A stretch of 64,000 bases of DNA from Reclinomonas americana ATCC 50394 (taxonomy: Eukaryota), in contig PS015010.1 of NCBI GenBank assembly GCA_048213135.1, positions 868,001 to 932,000 on the forward strand, written 5' to 3'. Below, piece by piece: positions 10,699 through 20,903 of the stretch. The notes beneath the pieces were generated by a model. That model worked only from the letters and a program-made list of their open reading frames with translations, did no database searches and was not told the origin of the DNA. Made by a program: the position numbers and the translations under genes. Positions within the stretch are counted from its first letter, which is position 1. The number at the start of each line of letters is the position of its first letter.

Positions 10699-11061
10699 TT
10701 ATTTTTTGCGGAGTTGTTTCAGCAATAACTCAAGTTCTTCAACGCTCAGGTTATTCTCTTTTACCATAAAGGATACAGCGTTGCTGAACGAACCTTCAAA
10801 ATATCCTTTGATAAAACTTTTCATCGTTGATTTGCTGTACGCTTCTTTGCTGATGAGCGGGTAGTACTGGTGCATGCGTCCGTATACATTGATGCCCAGG
10901 AATTCTTTTTCTACCAGTATTTTGATGATGGTGGCTACGGTATTGTTGTGCGGTTTAGGCGCGGGCAGTTCCTCTATGATCTCGCGGAGAAATGCCTTGT
11001 CCAGTTTCCAGATCACCTGCATGATCTGCTCTTCGGCCCTCGTTAATGTCTTTGTTCCCAT
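10699..11061 (-). CDS. BlaI/MecI/CopY family transcriptional repressor
   Basis: LTRAEEQIMQVIW, TVATIIKILVEK, YYPLISKEAY, YFEGS; directly upstream of the M56 genes. Confidence 0.95.
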   Translation of the reverse strand: MGTKTLTRAEEQIMQVIWKLDKAFLREIIEELPAPKPHNNTVATIIKILVEKEFLGINVYGRMHQYYPLISKEAYSKSTMKSFIKGYFEGSFSNAVSFMVKENNLSVEELELLLKQLRKK

Positions 11062-11091
11062 AATGGTTGTTTAATGCTGAAGTAAATGTAA

Positions 11092-11126
11092 AACTAGTTT
11101 TTTAGTTAAACAACTATTTTTTAGTT
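11092..11126. promoter_or_regulatory. Putative tandem BlaI operators
   Basis: AACTA-N6-TAGTT (11092-11107) and AACTA-N5-TAGTT (11112-11126) just upstream of the repressor start. Confidence 0.65.
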
Positions 11127-11230
11127 TTTCCACATTTTTTAACAACCCTCCTTCAAATTTTATTTCCCGGGAGCGGGCTGATGGTTTACATTTGCTGAAC
11201 AGAGAACCAACCTTAAAATAGCGAACTATA

Positions 11231-11920
11231 ATGTCACAATCGATCGTTGAACTCAACAATGTCAATATATACCAGGGCAACAGCCTGGTGCTGAGCGATG
11301 TCAATATATCTGTGGATAAAGGCGAATTCGTTTACCTGGTGGGTAAGACGGGCACCGGCAAAAGCAGCCTGTTGAAAACCATGTACGGTGATCTTCAGCT
11401 GACCAATGGCGAAGGCTGGGTGGCAGGGCATAACCTGCGGGAACTGACCTGGAAAACGGTACCCTTTCTGCGACGTAACCTGGGCGTGGTGTTCCAGGAT
11501 TTTCAATTACTCACCGACAGGAACGTGAACGAGAACCTGAAGTTTGTACTGAAGGCCACCGGCTGGAAAGACGAGAAACTGATGGATGAAAAGATCGCCG
11601 ATGTACTGGATAAAGTTGGCCTGCGTACCAAAGGATTTAAAATGCCCTTCGAGCTCAGCGGCGGTGAACAGCAACGTATCGACATTGCCCGCGCCCTGCT
11701 CAATTCCCCCAAACTGATACTGGCCGATGAACCTACCGGCAATCTCGATCCTGAGACCAGCGACGAGATCATGCAACTGCTGTTTCACATCTGCCGCGAT
11801 TACAATACCACCATCATCATGGCCACACACGATTATATCGTGATCAAAAAATTCCCGGCCCGGCTCATCAAAACAGAAAAAGGTAAAGTGTGGGATAACG
11901 CTAGCGTAGAAATGATATAA
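11231..11920 (+). CDS. ftsE: FtsE-like ABC ATP-binding protein
   Basis: [44 protein letters not shown] -7 box at 11187. Confidence 0.8.
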   Translation: MSQSIVELNNVNIYQGNSLVLSDVNISVDKGEFVYLVGKTGTGKSSLLKTMYGDLQLTNGEGWVAGHNLRELTWKTVPFLRRNLGVVFQDFQLLTDRNVNENLKFVLKATGWKDEKLMDEKIADVLDKVGLRTKGFKMPFELSGGEQQRIDIARALLNSPKLILADEPTGNLDPETSDEIMQLLFHICRDYNTTIIMATHDYIVIKKFPARLIKTEKGKVWDNASVEMI

Positions 11921-13022
11921 GTTTTTCGGCGTTGGCTGTGTTGTTGTACTGCTGAAGCAGGCCCTGCCTGTTCTGTTGTTCCTGTTCTGTAAAGGGCTCT
12001 TCAAATAATTCTTTTATTTTACCGGCAAAGGTTTCCGCCCCGGAAGCGATATGGCAATAGGGCTCCAGTCCGCTGCCTTCTACGGCTGCCTGGTTCACTA
12101 GGCAATGCCTGCCATTGAAAACCGCGTTCAGCAATTTTAGTTTTATGCCCGTTTTATTCAGCGATGGCAACACATGAATTTGTGCCTTGCCAATAAGGTC
12201 ATTCAGTTCTTTGTCGGACGGGTTACTCACCAGGCAGGTATTGCCCTGGCGGTTCACTTTTTCCTGTAAAGCGGGAGAGGGGTCTTTGCCAGCGATTACG
12301 AAAGGGATGCCGGTTGAGGTAAATACTTCATCCATCAGCCAGCAGGCGGCTTCTTCATTTTCGTTCACAGACATGTTTCCGTGATAAAGACAGAAATAAC
12401 CGCGTCCTTCATGCCCTGCCACCATGGTCCAGGGAATAAAAACCGGGAGATGGCTTATGTGTACTGCTTTGAACGTTTGCCTGTAGAGGATTTCGTCCTG
12501 TTCACTCACCGCCAGGAACTGCGCTTTGGTGGCGAGCCGGCGTTCATATTTTTTCAGTAAGCGGCTCTCGTGCAGGAAATACAACCGTTTCAGCGTATTT
12601 TTTTCGTGACGGGCCAGTTGCCGGTAATATTCAAACTCCGCGTTGTGCAGCCTTATAATCACTTTGCGACCGGGCAGCAGGTCCTTATACAGGTACCAGC
12701 TGCAGTGTATGCCTTCGAGCAGAACAGGGTGGTTGTCTTTTTGCAGGTTGGTCACCAGTTCGCTGCTGATCCTTGAACTAACGATAAAGGGTATACGAAA
12801 TGAAAAGCGGCGTACGCTTTTGTCGCGTTGATAATAATTTACACTGGCGCAATATTTTTCCAGCTCGGGCTGGGGCGGGCGTCCCTGTGTAAAGCAATGC
12901 AGGTGTACAGCTACATCCAGGCTGTGCAGCGTTCTTATTTTCCAGAACAGGTCTACCACACCGCCATAGTCCGCCGGCCAGGGAACATCATGTGTAACAA
13001 TATGGAGGTGCAGTTGCGGCAT
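11901..13022 (-). CDS. Glycosyltransferase (GT4/GT-B type)
   Basis: VPWPADYGG N-terminus, HNAEFEYY, TGIKLKLLNA. Confidence 0.85.
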   Translation of the reverse strand: MPQLHLHIVTHDVPWPADYGGVVDLFWKIRTLHSLDVAVHLHCFTQGRPPQPELEKYCASVNYYQRDKSVRRFSFRIPFIVSSRISSELVTNLQKDNHPVLLEGIHCSWYLYKDLLPGRKVIIRLHNAEFEYYRQLARHEKNTLKRLYFLHESRLLKKYERRLATKAQFLAVSEQDEILYRQTFKAVHISHLPVFIPWTMVAGHEGRGYFCLYHGNMSVNENEEAACWLMDEVFTSTGIPFVIAGKDPSPALQEKVNRQGNTCLVSNPSDKELNDLIGKAQIHVLPSLNKTGIKLKLLNAVFNGRHCLVNQAAVEGSGLEPYCHIASGAETFAGKIKELFEEPFTEQEQQNRQGLLQQYNNTANAEKLISFLR

Positions 13023-13027
13023 GGGTG

Positions 13028-14120
13028 TTATCCTTCTTTATGGAGATTGGCGTAAAAGGCCAGCAGTTTCTTTTCTTCTTCTTCCCAGTTCAGTTTCGCG
13101 GCGGCTTCCGGGCAATTGGCGCGGAGCCGGGCATGCAAGGCCTCATCCTGCAATAAGGTATTGATAGCTTCGGCAATGGTCGCAACGGCAACATCTTCCA
13201 CCAGCAGGGCCACTTCGTACGCTTTATTGACGCGGGCATATTCCGGGAAGTTCATGGTTACCTGTGGTATGCCCAGTTGTATATAATCAAAAAACTTGTT
13301 GGCCAGCGAATAATACTGGTTCAGTCCAATGGGTTCTACGAGGTTGATGCCGATATAGGCTTCCCTTGTCACCGCGTCCAGTTCACCGGGCAGTACCTTA
13401 CCCTTCAGCAACACTTTATTCTGCAGATTGTTGAGCTGTACCAGCTCTTTTATCTTTTCCATCAGGTTGCCGTCGCCATAAATATGCAGTTCCGCCGGCA
13501 CCTGCAGCATAGCGGGTACCAGGTATTCCAGTCCGCGGGCTTCGTTTACTGCTCCCTGGTAGAGCACGATTTTTTTTTCCTGCGGATGGGGCAGGAGCGG
13601 GTTGTTTCCGCAGGGGCAGGTTGCGGATCACACCATAATTTACACCGTAACGGCGGTCAAATTCGGCAGCAATGCCCTCACTGACGGTATAACCCTGGGG
13701 GAAACGGGGTATAAAGCGTTTTTCTATCCAGTGCCAGACCCGGTGTACCCGGGGGCGGGTCACCACTTCCTTTTGCTCGGAAAAGAACTCATGCGCATCA
13801 TAAACACGGCCCTTGCCGCGGATGACGGAGGCCAGCCATACGGGCAGCATCGTATCCAGGTCGATACAGCAAAACCGGTCGGTTTTCACAAAAAGCAGGA
13901 AAAAGAAAAGCCGGATGTTGTACGCCGCGTAAAAGGCAAACCCCTTTTTAAAGGGAACAGCCAGTCTTTTTTGCCGGAAAGGCTGTTCATGAAGCGGTTC
14001 GGCATTATTTACCCCTGCCAGGGTTACCCGGTAACCGGCGGCAGTAAGGGAACGGCAGATCCGGATCATGCGCTGGTCATGGTTCAGGCCATTGGTCACT
14101 GTGAATACGATCCGCTTCAA
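13028..14120 (-). pseudogene. GT4 glycosyltransferase split by a frameshift in an A9 run (13570-13578); may be a sequencing error
   Basis: N-half (DQRMIRIC, VYDAHE) and C-half (LYQGAVNEARG, SLANKFFDY) join as GKKIVLYQG if one A is removed. Confidence 0.8.
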
Positions 14121-14264
14121 AACCAGGGAGATACTGTTTAAAAATGAGTGCCGGGGCTGTTTTAAATGGTTCAACAGGAAGCCTTTCCCTTTCCCGGCCG
14201 GGGGCTTCCGGGGCAATATTCAAAAAAAAACCGCAATTCACCGCCTAAAAATCAATTTTTTAAG

Positions 14265-14272
14265 TACTTTTG
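14265..14272 (+). promoter_or_regulatory. -7 promoter box for rpsO-pnp
   Basis: TACTTTTG = TAnnTTTG, 60 nt before the rpsO ATG. Confidence 0.6.
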
Positions 14273-14332
14273 CAGCCGAAATAAAGAAAATAAAAACGGC
14301 GCCAATCCGGGTGCCAGTAAAATTAAAATTAG

Positions 14333-14605
14333 ATGTCTCATTTAACAACAGAAAAAAAAGCGGCCATTTTCGCCAATTTTGGTGGTTCCGCAAAAAACAC
14401 CGGCTCTATTGAGGGCCAGATCGCTATGCTCACAGAGCGTATCAATCATATTTCAGATCACCTGAAAAGCAACAAGAAAGATTTCTCCTCTCAAAGGGGC
14501 CTGATGATGATGGTAGGTCAGCGCAAACGCTTACTGACGTATCTCAGCAAGCACGACCTTACCGGTTACAGGGCACTGATCGAAAAACTCGGCCTGCGCA
14601 AATAA
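14333..14605 (+). CDS. rpsO: 30S ribosomal protein S15
   Basis: NTGSIEGQIA, KKDFSSQRGL, LIEKLGLRK; precedes pnp. Confidence 0.98.
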   Translation: MSHLTTEKKAAIFANFGGSAKNTGSIEGQIAMLTERINHISDHLKSNKKDFSSQRGLMMMVGQRKRLLTYLSKHDLTGYRALIEKLGLRK

Positions 14606-14634
14606 TTCAATTATAATCTATGTAGATAAAATTT

Positions 14635-14674
14635 TCCCAACTGCTTCAAACTGGTAGTTGGGATTATTTGTTTT
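14635..14674 (+). terminator. Hairpin between rpsO and pnp (terminator or processing site)
   Basis: TCCCAACTGC...GTAGTTGGGA followed by a T-rich tract. Confidence 0.55.
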
Positions 14675-14746
14675 ACTATAGTATTTATTCATTCCGGGCC
14701 ATAACTGCTTCGTGCAGTTAAGATTGCCCGTAAATCATCATCAAAT

Positions 14747-16885
14747 ATGTCATTCTTACAACCTCAATCAGTAACATTCGATATAGGTGGCGGCCGCATG
14801 GTCACCATCGAAACCGGTAAACTGGCCCGCCAGGCTGATGGCGCCGTTACCATTCGCCAGGGTGATAGCATCCTGCTCGCTACCGTTGTAGCCAACAAAG
14901 AACCAAGGGAAGGCCAGAGCTTTTTTCCGCTGTCAGTAGACTACCAGGAAAAATTCGCTTCTGCCGGCCGCGTACCCGGTTCCTTCTTTAAAAGGGAAGC
15001 CAGGCTCAACGATTACGAGATCCTGACCAGCCGCCTGGTAGACAGGGCCCTGCGTCCGCTCTTCCCTGAAGATTATTTCTGCGATGTGCAGGTACTCATC
15101 TCCCTGGTATCCAGTGATGCTGAAGTACTCCCCGATGCACTGGCCTGCCTGGCTGCATCCGCCGCACTTGCGGTTTCCGACATTCCCATCCAGGAGATCA
15201 TTTCAGAAGTACGTATTGCCCGTAAAGACGGACAATTCATCATCAACCCCAGCCGCACCGAACTGGAAGGCGCCGACCTGGAATTCATCATCGCTGCCAC
15301 AGAGAAAAACATCATGATGGTGGAAGGTGAAGCCAAAGAATGCCAGGAAGAAGACCTGGTAAAAGCGCTGGAACTGGCACACGATGCCATTCGCATCCAG
15401 ATCAAAGCACAGGCTGAACTGCGTGCCAAACTGGGCATCACCACCAAAAGGGAATACACCAAGCCTTACCGCAACGAAGCGCTGAACGAAAAGATCACCG
15501 CTTTCGCTAAAGATAAAATGTACGCCATCGCTTCTGCCGCATCTGCAAAACATGAGCGCAGCGACGCTTTCAAAGCACTGGCGGAAGAACTGAAAACCTT
15601 CCTGGGTGAAGAACTGCCCGACGAGGACAAACCACTTGTAGGTTTCTACTTCGGCGAACTGCAGTACCATGTAGTAAGGGACATGATCCTGAACGACGGC
15701 AAACGCCTCGACGGTCGCGGAACGGAAGACATCCGCCAGCTGGAAATGGAAACCAATATCCTGCCTACACCGCACGGATCGGCTTTGTTCACCAGGGGTG
15801 AAACCCAATCGCTTACTACCGTAACTTTCGGTACACCACTCGACGAACTGCTGGTGGAAAGCGCTTTCAAATCTGAATATTCCAAATTCATTCTCCATTA
15901 TAACTTCCCGCCATTCTCAACAGGTGAAGTGAAAATGATGCGTGGTGTTGGACGCCGCGAAGTAGGTCACGGTAACCTGGCCATGCGTTCCCTGAAGCAA
16001 ATGATGCCGGGGAAAGAATATGCTTATACCGTAAGGGTGGTAAGTGATATCCTGGAAAGTAACGGTTCTTCTTCCATGGCTACCGTATGTGCCGGTTCGC
16101 TGGCGCTGATGGATGCGGGTGTACCCATTCCCAAACACGTGAGTGGCGTGGCGATGGGCCTGATCACCAAGGATGGTAAGTATGCCGTACTGACCGACAT
16201 CCTGGGCGATGAAGATCACCTGGGTGATATGGACTTTAAAGTGACCGGTACACGCGACGGTATCTGCGGTGTGCAAATGGATATTAAAGTAGACGGCCTC
16301 AGCATGGACATCATGCGCCAGGCGCTGGAGCAGGCCCGCAAAGGAAGGATGCACATCCTTGATGCCATGTACGCCTGCGTACCGGCACACAGGGAAGATG
16401 TGAAACCACATGCACCGCGTATGGTGAAGATCACGATCGATAAAGAATACATCGGCGCCGTAATCGGACCAGGTGGTAAAGTGATACAGGAAATTCAACG
16501 TGAGACCGGTACTACCGTGAATATTGAAGAAGTAGACAATGTGGGTGAAGTAAGTATCTTCTCTGCACAGAAAGAAGGTCTCGACAAAGCCCTCGCCTGG
16601 ATCAAAGGCCTGGTGGCTGTTCCGGTGGTAGGTGATACTTATGAAGGTACCGTGAAGAGCATTAAAGAGTTCGGTGCTTTCGTGGAATTCCTGCCGAAGA
16701 AAGAAGGTCTGCTGCACATCAGCGAGATCAGCTGGAAACGCCTCGAGAATATGGACGGTATTTTTAAAGAAGGAGACAAGGTGAAAGTTAAACTGCTTGA
16801 CATCGACCAGAAGACAGGTAAGTTCAAACTGAGCCGCAAAGCGCTTCTTCCCAAACCTGAACAACAACCCAGGCCACAGCAATAG
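14747..16885 (+). CDS. pnp: Polyribonucleotide nucleotidyltransferase (PNPase)
   Basis: ETGKLARQADG, HGSALFTRGETQ, ESNGSSSMA, GDMDFKV, KH and S1 domains. Confidence 0.98.
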   Translation: MSFLQPQSVTFDIGGGRMVTIETGKLARQADGAVTIRQGDSILLATVVANKEPREGQSFFPLSVDYQEKFASAGRVPGSFFKREARLNDYEILTSRLVDRALRPLFPEDYFCDVQVLISLVSSDAEVLPDALACLAASAALAVSDIPIQEIISEVRIARKDGQFIINPSRTELEGADLEFIIAATEKNIMMVEGEAKECQEEDLVKALELAHDAIRIQIKAQAELRAKLGITTKREYTKPYRNEALNEKITAFAKDKMYAIASAASAKHERSDAFKALAEELKTFLGEELPDEDKPLVGFYFGELQYHVVRDMILNDGKRLDGRGTEDIRQLEMETNILPTPHGSALFTRGETQSLTTVTFGTPLDELLVESAFKSEYSKFILHYNFPPFSTGEVKMMRGVGRREVGHGNLAMRSLKQMMPGKEYAYTVRVVSDILESNGSSSMATVCAGSLALMDAGVPIPKHVSGVAMGLITKDGKYAVLTDILGDEDHLGDMDFKVTGTRDGICGVQMDIKVDGLSMDIMRQALEQARKGRMHILDAMYACVPAHREDVKPHAPRMVKITIDKEYIGAVIGPGGKVIQEIQRETGTTVNIEEVDNVGEVSIFSAQKEGLDKALAWIKGLVAVPVVGDTYEGTVKSIKEFGAFVEFLPKKEGLLHISEISWKRLENMDGIFKEGDKVKVKLLDIDQKTGKFKLSRKALLPKPEQQPRPQQ

Positions 16886-16946
16886 TCTTTCCCGGCAACA
16901 AAGCCAGGAAAAGCGAAATGCCTGATGGTCCTGTTTGAATAATGCT

Positions 16947-16990
16947 AAACCGCAGATGAGATCCAGTTTTTCGTCTGCGGTTTTTTATTT
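16947..16990 (+). terminator. Intrinsic terminator after pnp
   Basis: AAACCGCAGATGA...TCGTCTGCGGTTT plus T-tract. Confidence 0.8.
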
Positions 16991-17046
16991 AAAATGATAA
17001 AATATTATCCCGGTCCTTTGCCTGAGATCCTTCGCAGAAAAGATTT

Positions 17047-17115
17047 TTCTCTTCGCTGTGAATGTGATCCTTCGCTTCGCTCAGGATAAAATTCGTAATT
17101 CACAATTCGTAATTA
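17047..17115. repeat. Dispersed intergenic repeat (GATCCTTCGCTTCGCTCAGGATAAAATTCGTAATT family)
   Basis: 17047-17100 is nearly the reverse complement of 33388-33441; partial copy at 20874-20905. Confidence 0.8.
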
Positions 17116-17121
17116 ACTACC

Positions 17122-17940
17122 ATGTCCCATTTCTCTTTCGAATTCGACAATATCAATGAAGAAACTTCCGCGCTGCTGGTGGCATTGCTGAGTGAACAGG
17201 GCTTTGAAGGTTTTGAAGAAACCGGCGACAGCCTGATCGCCTTTGTCCCGGAAACTCTTTTCAGTGAAGGTGCATTTTTCGAAGTGATGAACAGGTTGCC
17301 AGCGGTAAGCTATACCCGCAGTTCGGTGGCGCCCGCCAACTGGAATGCTTTGTGGGAAAGCAGTTTTGAACCTGTGATTGTGGATGATTTTGCCGCCGTA
17401 AGGGCGCACTTTCATGCACCTGTACCGGGCGTGCGGCAGGAGATCATTATTACCCCCAGGATGAGCTTCGGCACAGGTCATCATGCCACTACCTGGATGA
17501 TGATCAGGAGCATGGAAGAGCTGGACTTTTCCGGCAAACAAGTACTCGATTTTGGTACGGGTACCGGCGTGCTGGCCATACTGGCGGAGAAACTGGGCGC
17601 TGCCGCTGTAACCGCCATCGACATCGATGAATGGAGTATCCGCAATTCGGAAGAAAACGTAGCGGCTAACAACTGCAGCAGGATTGAACTGGCGCAGGCC
17701 GATCATATGCCCGGTGATCAACAATACGACATTATTCTCGCCAATATCAACCTCAACGTGATCCTGCAAAGCCTCCCGGCAATGGTAACTGCTGCCCGCA
17801 CCGGAACGGAAATGCTGCTCAGCGGCTTCCTCGAAACGGATATGCCGGTTATGCAAAAAGCCCTGGAGGAAGCGGGGTTCAGCCTTATAAGCAAGGAGCA
17901 GAAAGGGGAGTGGGTGTGTCTTTTAGTAAGTAAAAAGTAA
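17122..17940 (+). CDS. prmA: Ribosomal protein L11 methyltransferase
   Basis: PRMSFGTGHHATT, VLDFGTGTGVLAI, ILANIN, LLSGF. Confidence 0.95.
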   Translation: MSHFSFEFDNINEETSALLVALLSEQGFEGFEETGDSLIAFVPETLFSEGAFFEVMNRLPAVSYTRSSVAPANWNALWESSFEPVIVDDFAAVRAHFHAPVPGVRQEIIITPRMSFGTGHHATTWMMIRSMEELDFSGKQVLDFGTGTGVLAILAEKLGAAAVTAIDIDEWSIRNSEENVAANNCSRIELAQADHMPGDQQYDIILANINLNVILQSLPAMVTAARTGTEMLLSGFLETDMPVMQKALEEAGFSLISKEQKGEWVCLLVSKK

Positions 17941-18140
17941 AAATTCAAAAGTAAAAAAAAAACGCAAGAGGTGAAAGTGTTCCTTTTTGGCTTTTGATTT
18001 TTGACTTTTGAATTTTATCTATCTGATATCCAGCAACTTATCAACATATCCACAGTAACCCACCCTTAACATTAATTAATCATTAATTGTAGGGTTTTTG
18101 GCGTATTTTTGTGGCCTTCAACTCAAGCTAAAGAAAACGA

Positions 18141-18803
18141 ATGAAAGAACTCCTGCTCATAATTGCAGCCTATGTCATAGGCTCAATCCCTACAGCGTTG
18201 ATCGTCAGCAAACGTTTTTTTGGTATCGACATCCGCGACTACGGAAGCGGTAATATGGGCGCTACCAACACTTTCAGGGTTTTGGGAAAACGTTACGGAA
18301 CCATGGTAATGGCTATCGACATCCTTAAAGGTATGGCCGCCGTTGCTTTATATAAATTTCTTCCTTACTACCAGGATAATGAACTGGAACGCACCAATTT
18401 TATGATTGGCCTGGGCCTGGCGGCTGTGATCGGTCATATTTTTCCTTTATTCGCCGGTTTCCGCGGTGGCAAAGGCGTGGCCACGCTTTTTGGTATGCTG
18501 CTGGCCATGCAACCTGTAGTGGCTGCTGCCTGTGTGGGCGTTTTCCTGCTGGTACTGTACCTTACCCGTTATGTTTCGCTTAGCTCTATACTGGGTGCAA
18601 TTATGCTGCCGGTAAGTGTACTGTGGATATGGAACGAACATGAAGTGATATACCGTGTATTCGCCCTGCTGGTGGCCGGCCTGGTGGTATTTACCCACCA
18701 AAAGAATATTGGCCGTATCCTCCGCGGCGTGGAAAGCCGTATTCCTATACTGAAGCACCGCGACAAACGTAAATCACGCAGACGCGGCGATAACGACGAA
18801 TAA
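18141..18803 (+). CDS. plsY: Glycerol-3-phosphate acyltransferase
   Basis: YVIGSIP, GSGNMGATNTFR, GGKGVAT, HQKNI; -7 box at 18104. Confidence 0.96.
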   Translation: MKELLLIIAAYVIGSIPTALIVSKRFFGIDIRDYGSGNMGATNTFRVLGKRYGTMVMAIDILKGMAAVALYKFLPYYQDNELERTNFMIGLGLAAVIGHIFPLFAGFRGGKGVATLFGMLLAMQPVVAAACVGVFLLVLYLTRYVSLSSILGAIMLPVSVLWIWNEHEVIYRVFALLVAGLVVFTHQKNIGRILRGVESRIPILKHRDKRKSRRRGDNDE

Positions 18804-18907
18804 ACCTAAGATCACCACCTTCCTTTTCCTGTTTCCACAAAATTTATGGCCTGCCGATCAAGATTGGTACGCCAATTGTTTATTTTGTATGCAAAACCCA
18901 ACAAACA

Positions 18908-19729
18908 ATGAAACAGATGAAAAAGTTCCTGTTCCTCCTGGCGGCGCTGCCCGTATTCTATTCCTGCAGCACCAACTCTGTTACCGGCAGAAAACAATTG
19001 AAATTATTTCCTGAAGAATCCCTGCAGCAGCAGGCTTTAACAGAATACAAAAGCTTTTTATCGCAGAATAAAGTGCTGACTTCCGGCAGTAACCGCGACG
19101 CCGAAATGGTGAACCGTGTAGGTACCCGCATCGCCCGTGCTATTACGGATTACTATACGCAGAAAGGCCTTGCCGATGAACTCAACGGTTATAAATGGGA
19201 GTTTAACCTGGTTGATTCTAAAGAGATCAATGCCTGGTGTATGCCCGGCGGCAAAGTGGTGGTATATACCGGTCTGCTGAATGTAACCCAAAATGAAGCG
19301 GCGCTGGCCGTTGTTATGGGACACGAGATCACCCACGCCGTAGCCCATCATGGCAATGAACGCATGAGCCAGGGCGCACTGGCACAGGGACTGGAAGTAG
19401 CAGGCAACATCTTCACATCCAATAATCCGAAGGCCAATGCTTTATTCTCCAATATTTTTGCACCTACCGCCCAGATTGGTGTATTACTGCCCAATTCCCG
19501 CAAACAGGAACTGGAAGCCGATCACTTCGGGTTGAATTTCGCGGCTATGGCCGGCTATAACCCCAGGGAAGCGGTTCCTTTCTGGCAAAGGATGGCGAAG
19601 GCCGGCGGAGGCGATAAGCCCCCGGTTTTCCTGGCTACGCACCCTGCAGACGAGACCCGTATCGCTGAACTTCAGAAACATATGGACGAAGCATTAAGTT
19701 ATTATAAACCAGTAGGTTCGCCTAAGTAA
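18908..19729 (+). CDS. M48 family metallopeptidase lipoprotein
   Basis: Lipobox-like YSC; INAWCMPGGK, HEITHA, ELEAD, FLATHP. Confidence 0.92.
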   Translation: MKQMKKFLFLLAALPVFYSCSTNSVTGRKQLKLFPEESLQQQALTEYKSFLSQNKVLTSGSNRDAEMVNRVGTRIARAITDYYTQKGLADELNGYKWEFNLVDSKEINAWCMPGGKVVVYTGLLNVTQNEAALAVVMGHEITHAVAHHGNERMSQGALAQGLEVAGNIFTSNNPKANALFSNIFAPTAQIGVLLPNSRKQELEADHFGLNFAAMAGYNPREAVPFWQRMAKAGGGDKPPVFLATHPADETRIAELQKHMDEALSYYKPVGSPK

Positions 19730-20152
19730 AGACGTCCGCTGCATAAAAAAACTCCACCTACTAGTGGAGTTTTAGTTGTCTCGTCACTTTTACTTTACGT
19801 CCACGACATTATCTATATTTTACTTAACGTAAACCGACCTATAGTGGTCTGCTTGTNNNNNNNNNNNNNNNNNNNNAACGTAACGTTAAGTTAAGTTAAC
19901 GTAACGTAACGTACGGTACGTACGTAACGTAACGTAACGTACGTACGTACGTACTAACTAAACTAACTACTACGTAGTGTGTGTTTTTTATGCCTGCACT
20001 TTTTACTGCCAGACATTATCATTATTTTTACAACGAAAACCGCTATAGTGGCTGCTTTGAGACAAGCCACCAACGACAGGACCTTACCATTGCTTGCTGT
20101 ATGTATCTACAGCGGTACACTTCCTGTCGCGGTTAATAAAAAACTAACTGCT

Positions 20153-20824
20153 ATGCTGCTTACGAGTACGAGTTCCCAATCGCTATTGGAGAAATTGCAA
20201 TTGAAGGACGAGAAGAACCTGCTGATCCAGGGCCTGCCTTCATCTGTAGAAAAACAATTCGTTAAACTTTCCTTCGCCAAGAATGTAACCCCGTTGCTGA
20301 AAAGCCGTAAAGTGGATTTCGCACTGGTGTTTGCCGTGAGCCAGAAACAACTGCAATCCATTTTGAACGATGTAATTCCTGTATTGCAGGAAGATGCCAA
20401 GTTCTGGATCGCTTATCCCAAACTCACATCCAAGATCGCCAGCGACCTCAGTCGTGAAGCCAGTTGGGATTGCGTTACCTGCCATGGTTTTGAAACGGTG
20501 CGTTCTATTGCACTGGATTCCGTGTGGAGCGCCATCCGCCTGAAAAAAGATGTGCCGGAAAAGAAAAGTACCGGCTTCTCCAGCGAAAGGCCCGCCCCGG
20601 GCATCGATTATGTCAAACGTACGGTGAAAGTACCTGGCCCGCTGCAGGTGCTGCTCGATAAAAATAAAGCTGCCGCTGCTTTCTTCGACTCACTTGCTTT
20701 TACCAATAAAAGGGAATACGTGGAATGGATCGTAAGTGCCAAACGCGAAGACACGCAGAACAGGCGCCTGGCCACTGCAATGGAGCAGTTGAAAGCAGGG
20801 AAGAAGACGTATAATGAGAAATAG
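20153..20824 (+). CDS. YdeI/OmpD-associated family protein
   Basis: WIAYPKLTS N-domain; FFDSLAFTNKREYVEWIVSAKREDTQNRR C-domain; start approximate. Confidence 0.8.
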   Translation: MLLTSTSSQSLLEKLQLKDEKNLLIQGLPSSVEKQFVKLSFAKNVTPLLKSRKVDFALVFAVSQKQLQSILNDVIPVLQEDAKFWIAYPKLTSKIASDLSREASWDCVTCHGFETVRSIALDSVWSAIRLKKDVPEKKSTGFSSERPAPGIDYVKRTVKVPGPLQVLLDKNKAAAAFFDSLAFTNKREYVEWIVSAKREDTQNRRLATAMEQLKAGKKTYNEK

Positions 20825-20903
20825 GAGAATATGCGGATGTGAAAATATGCAAATGTGAAGATTAAGAACAGACCCTTCGCTGCGCTCAGGATAAAATTCG
20901 TAA

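Noticed and set aside
15073-16882. Long antisense ORFs over pnp (also over smc, hutH, hutU, dnaG)
   Set aside because: Shadow ORFs from codon bias of conserved genes; no recognisable motifs.
19730-19980. Striking TACG/TAAC low-complexity tract and apparent duplication around a 20-N gap
   Set aside because: The pre-gap sequence (~19785-19856) is a noisy copy of ~19996-20060, and the post-gap ACGT cycling matches the TACG flow order of 454 read ends. This is an assembly artefact at a terminator hairpin, not biology.
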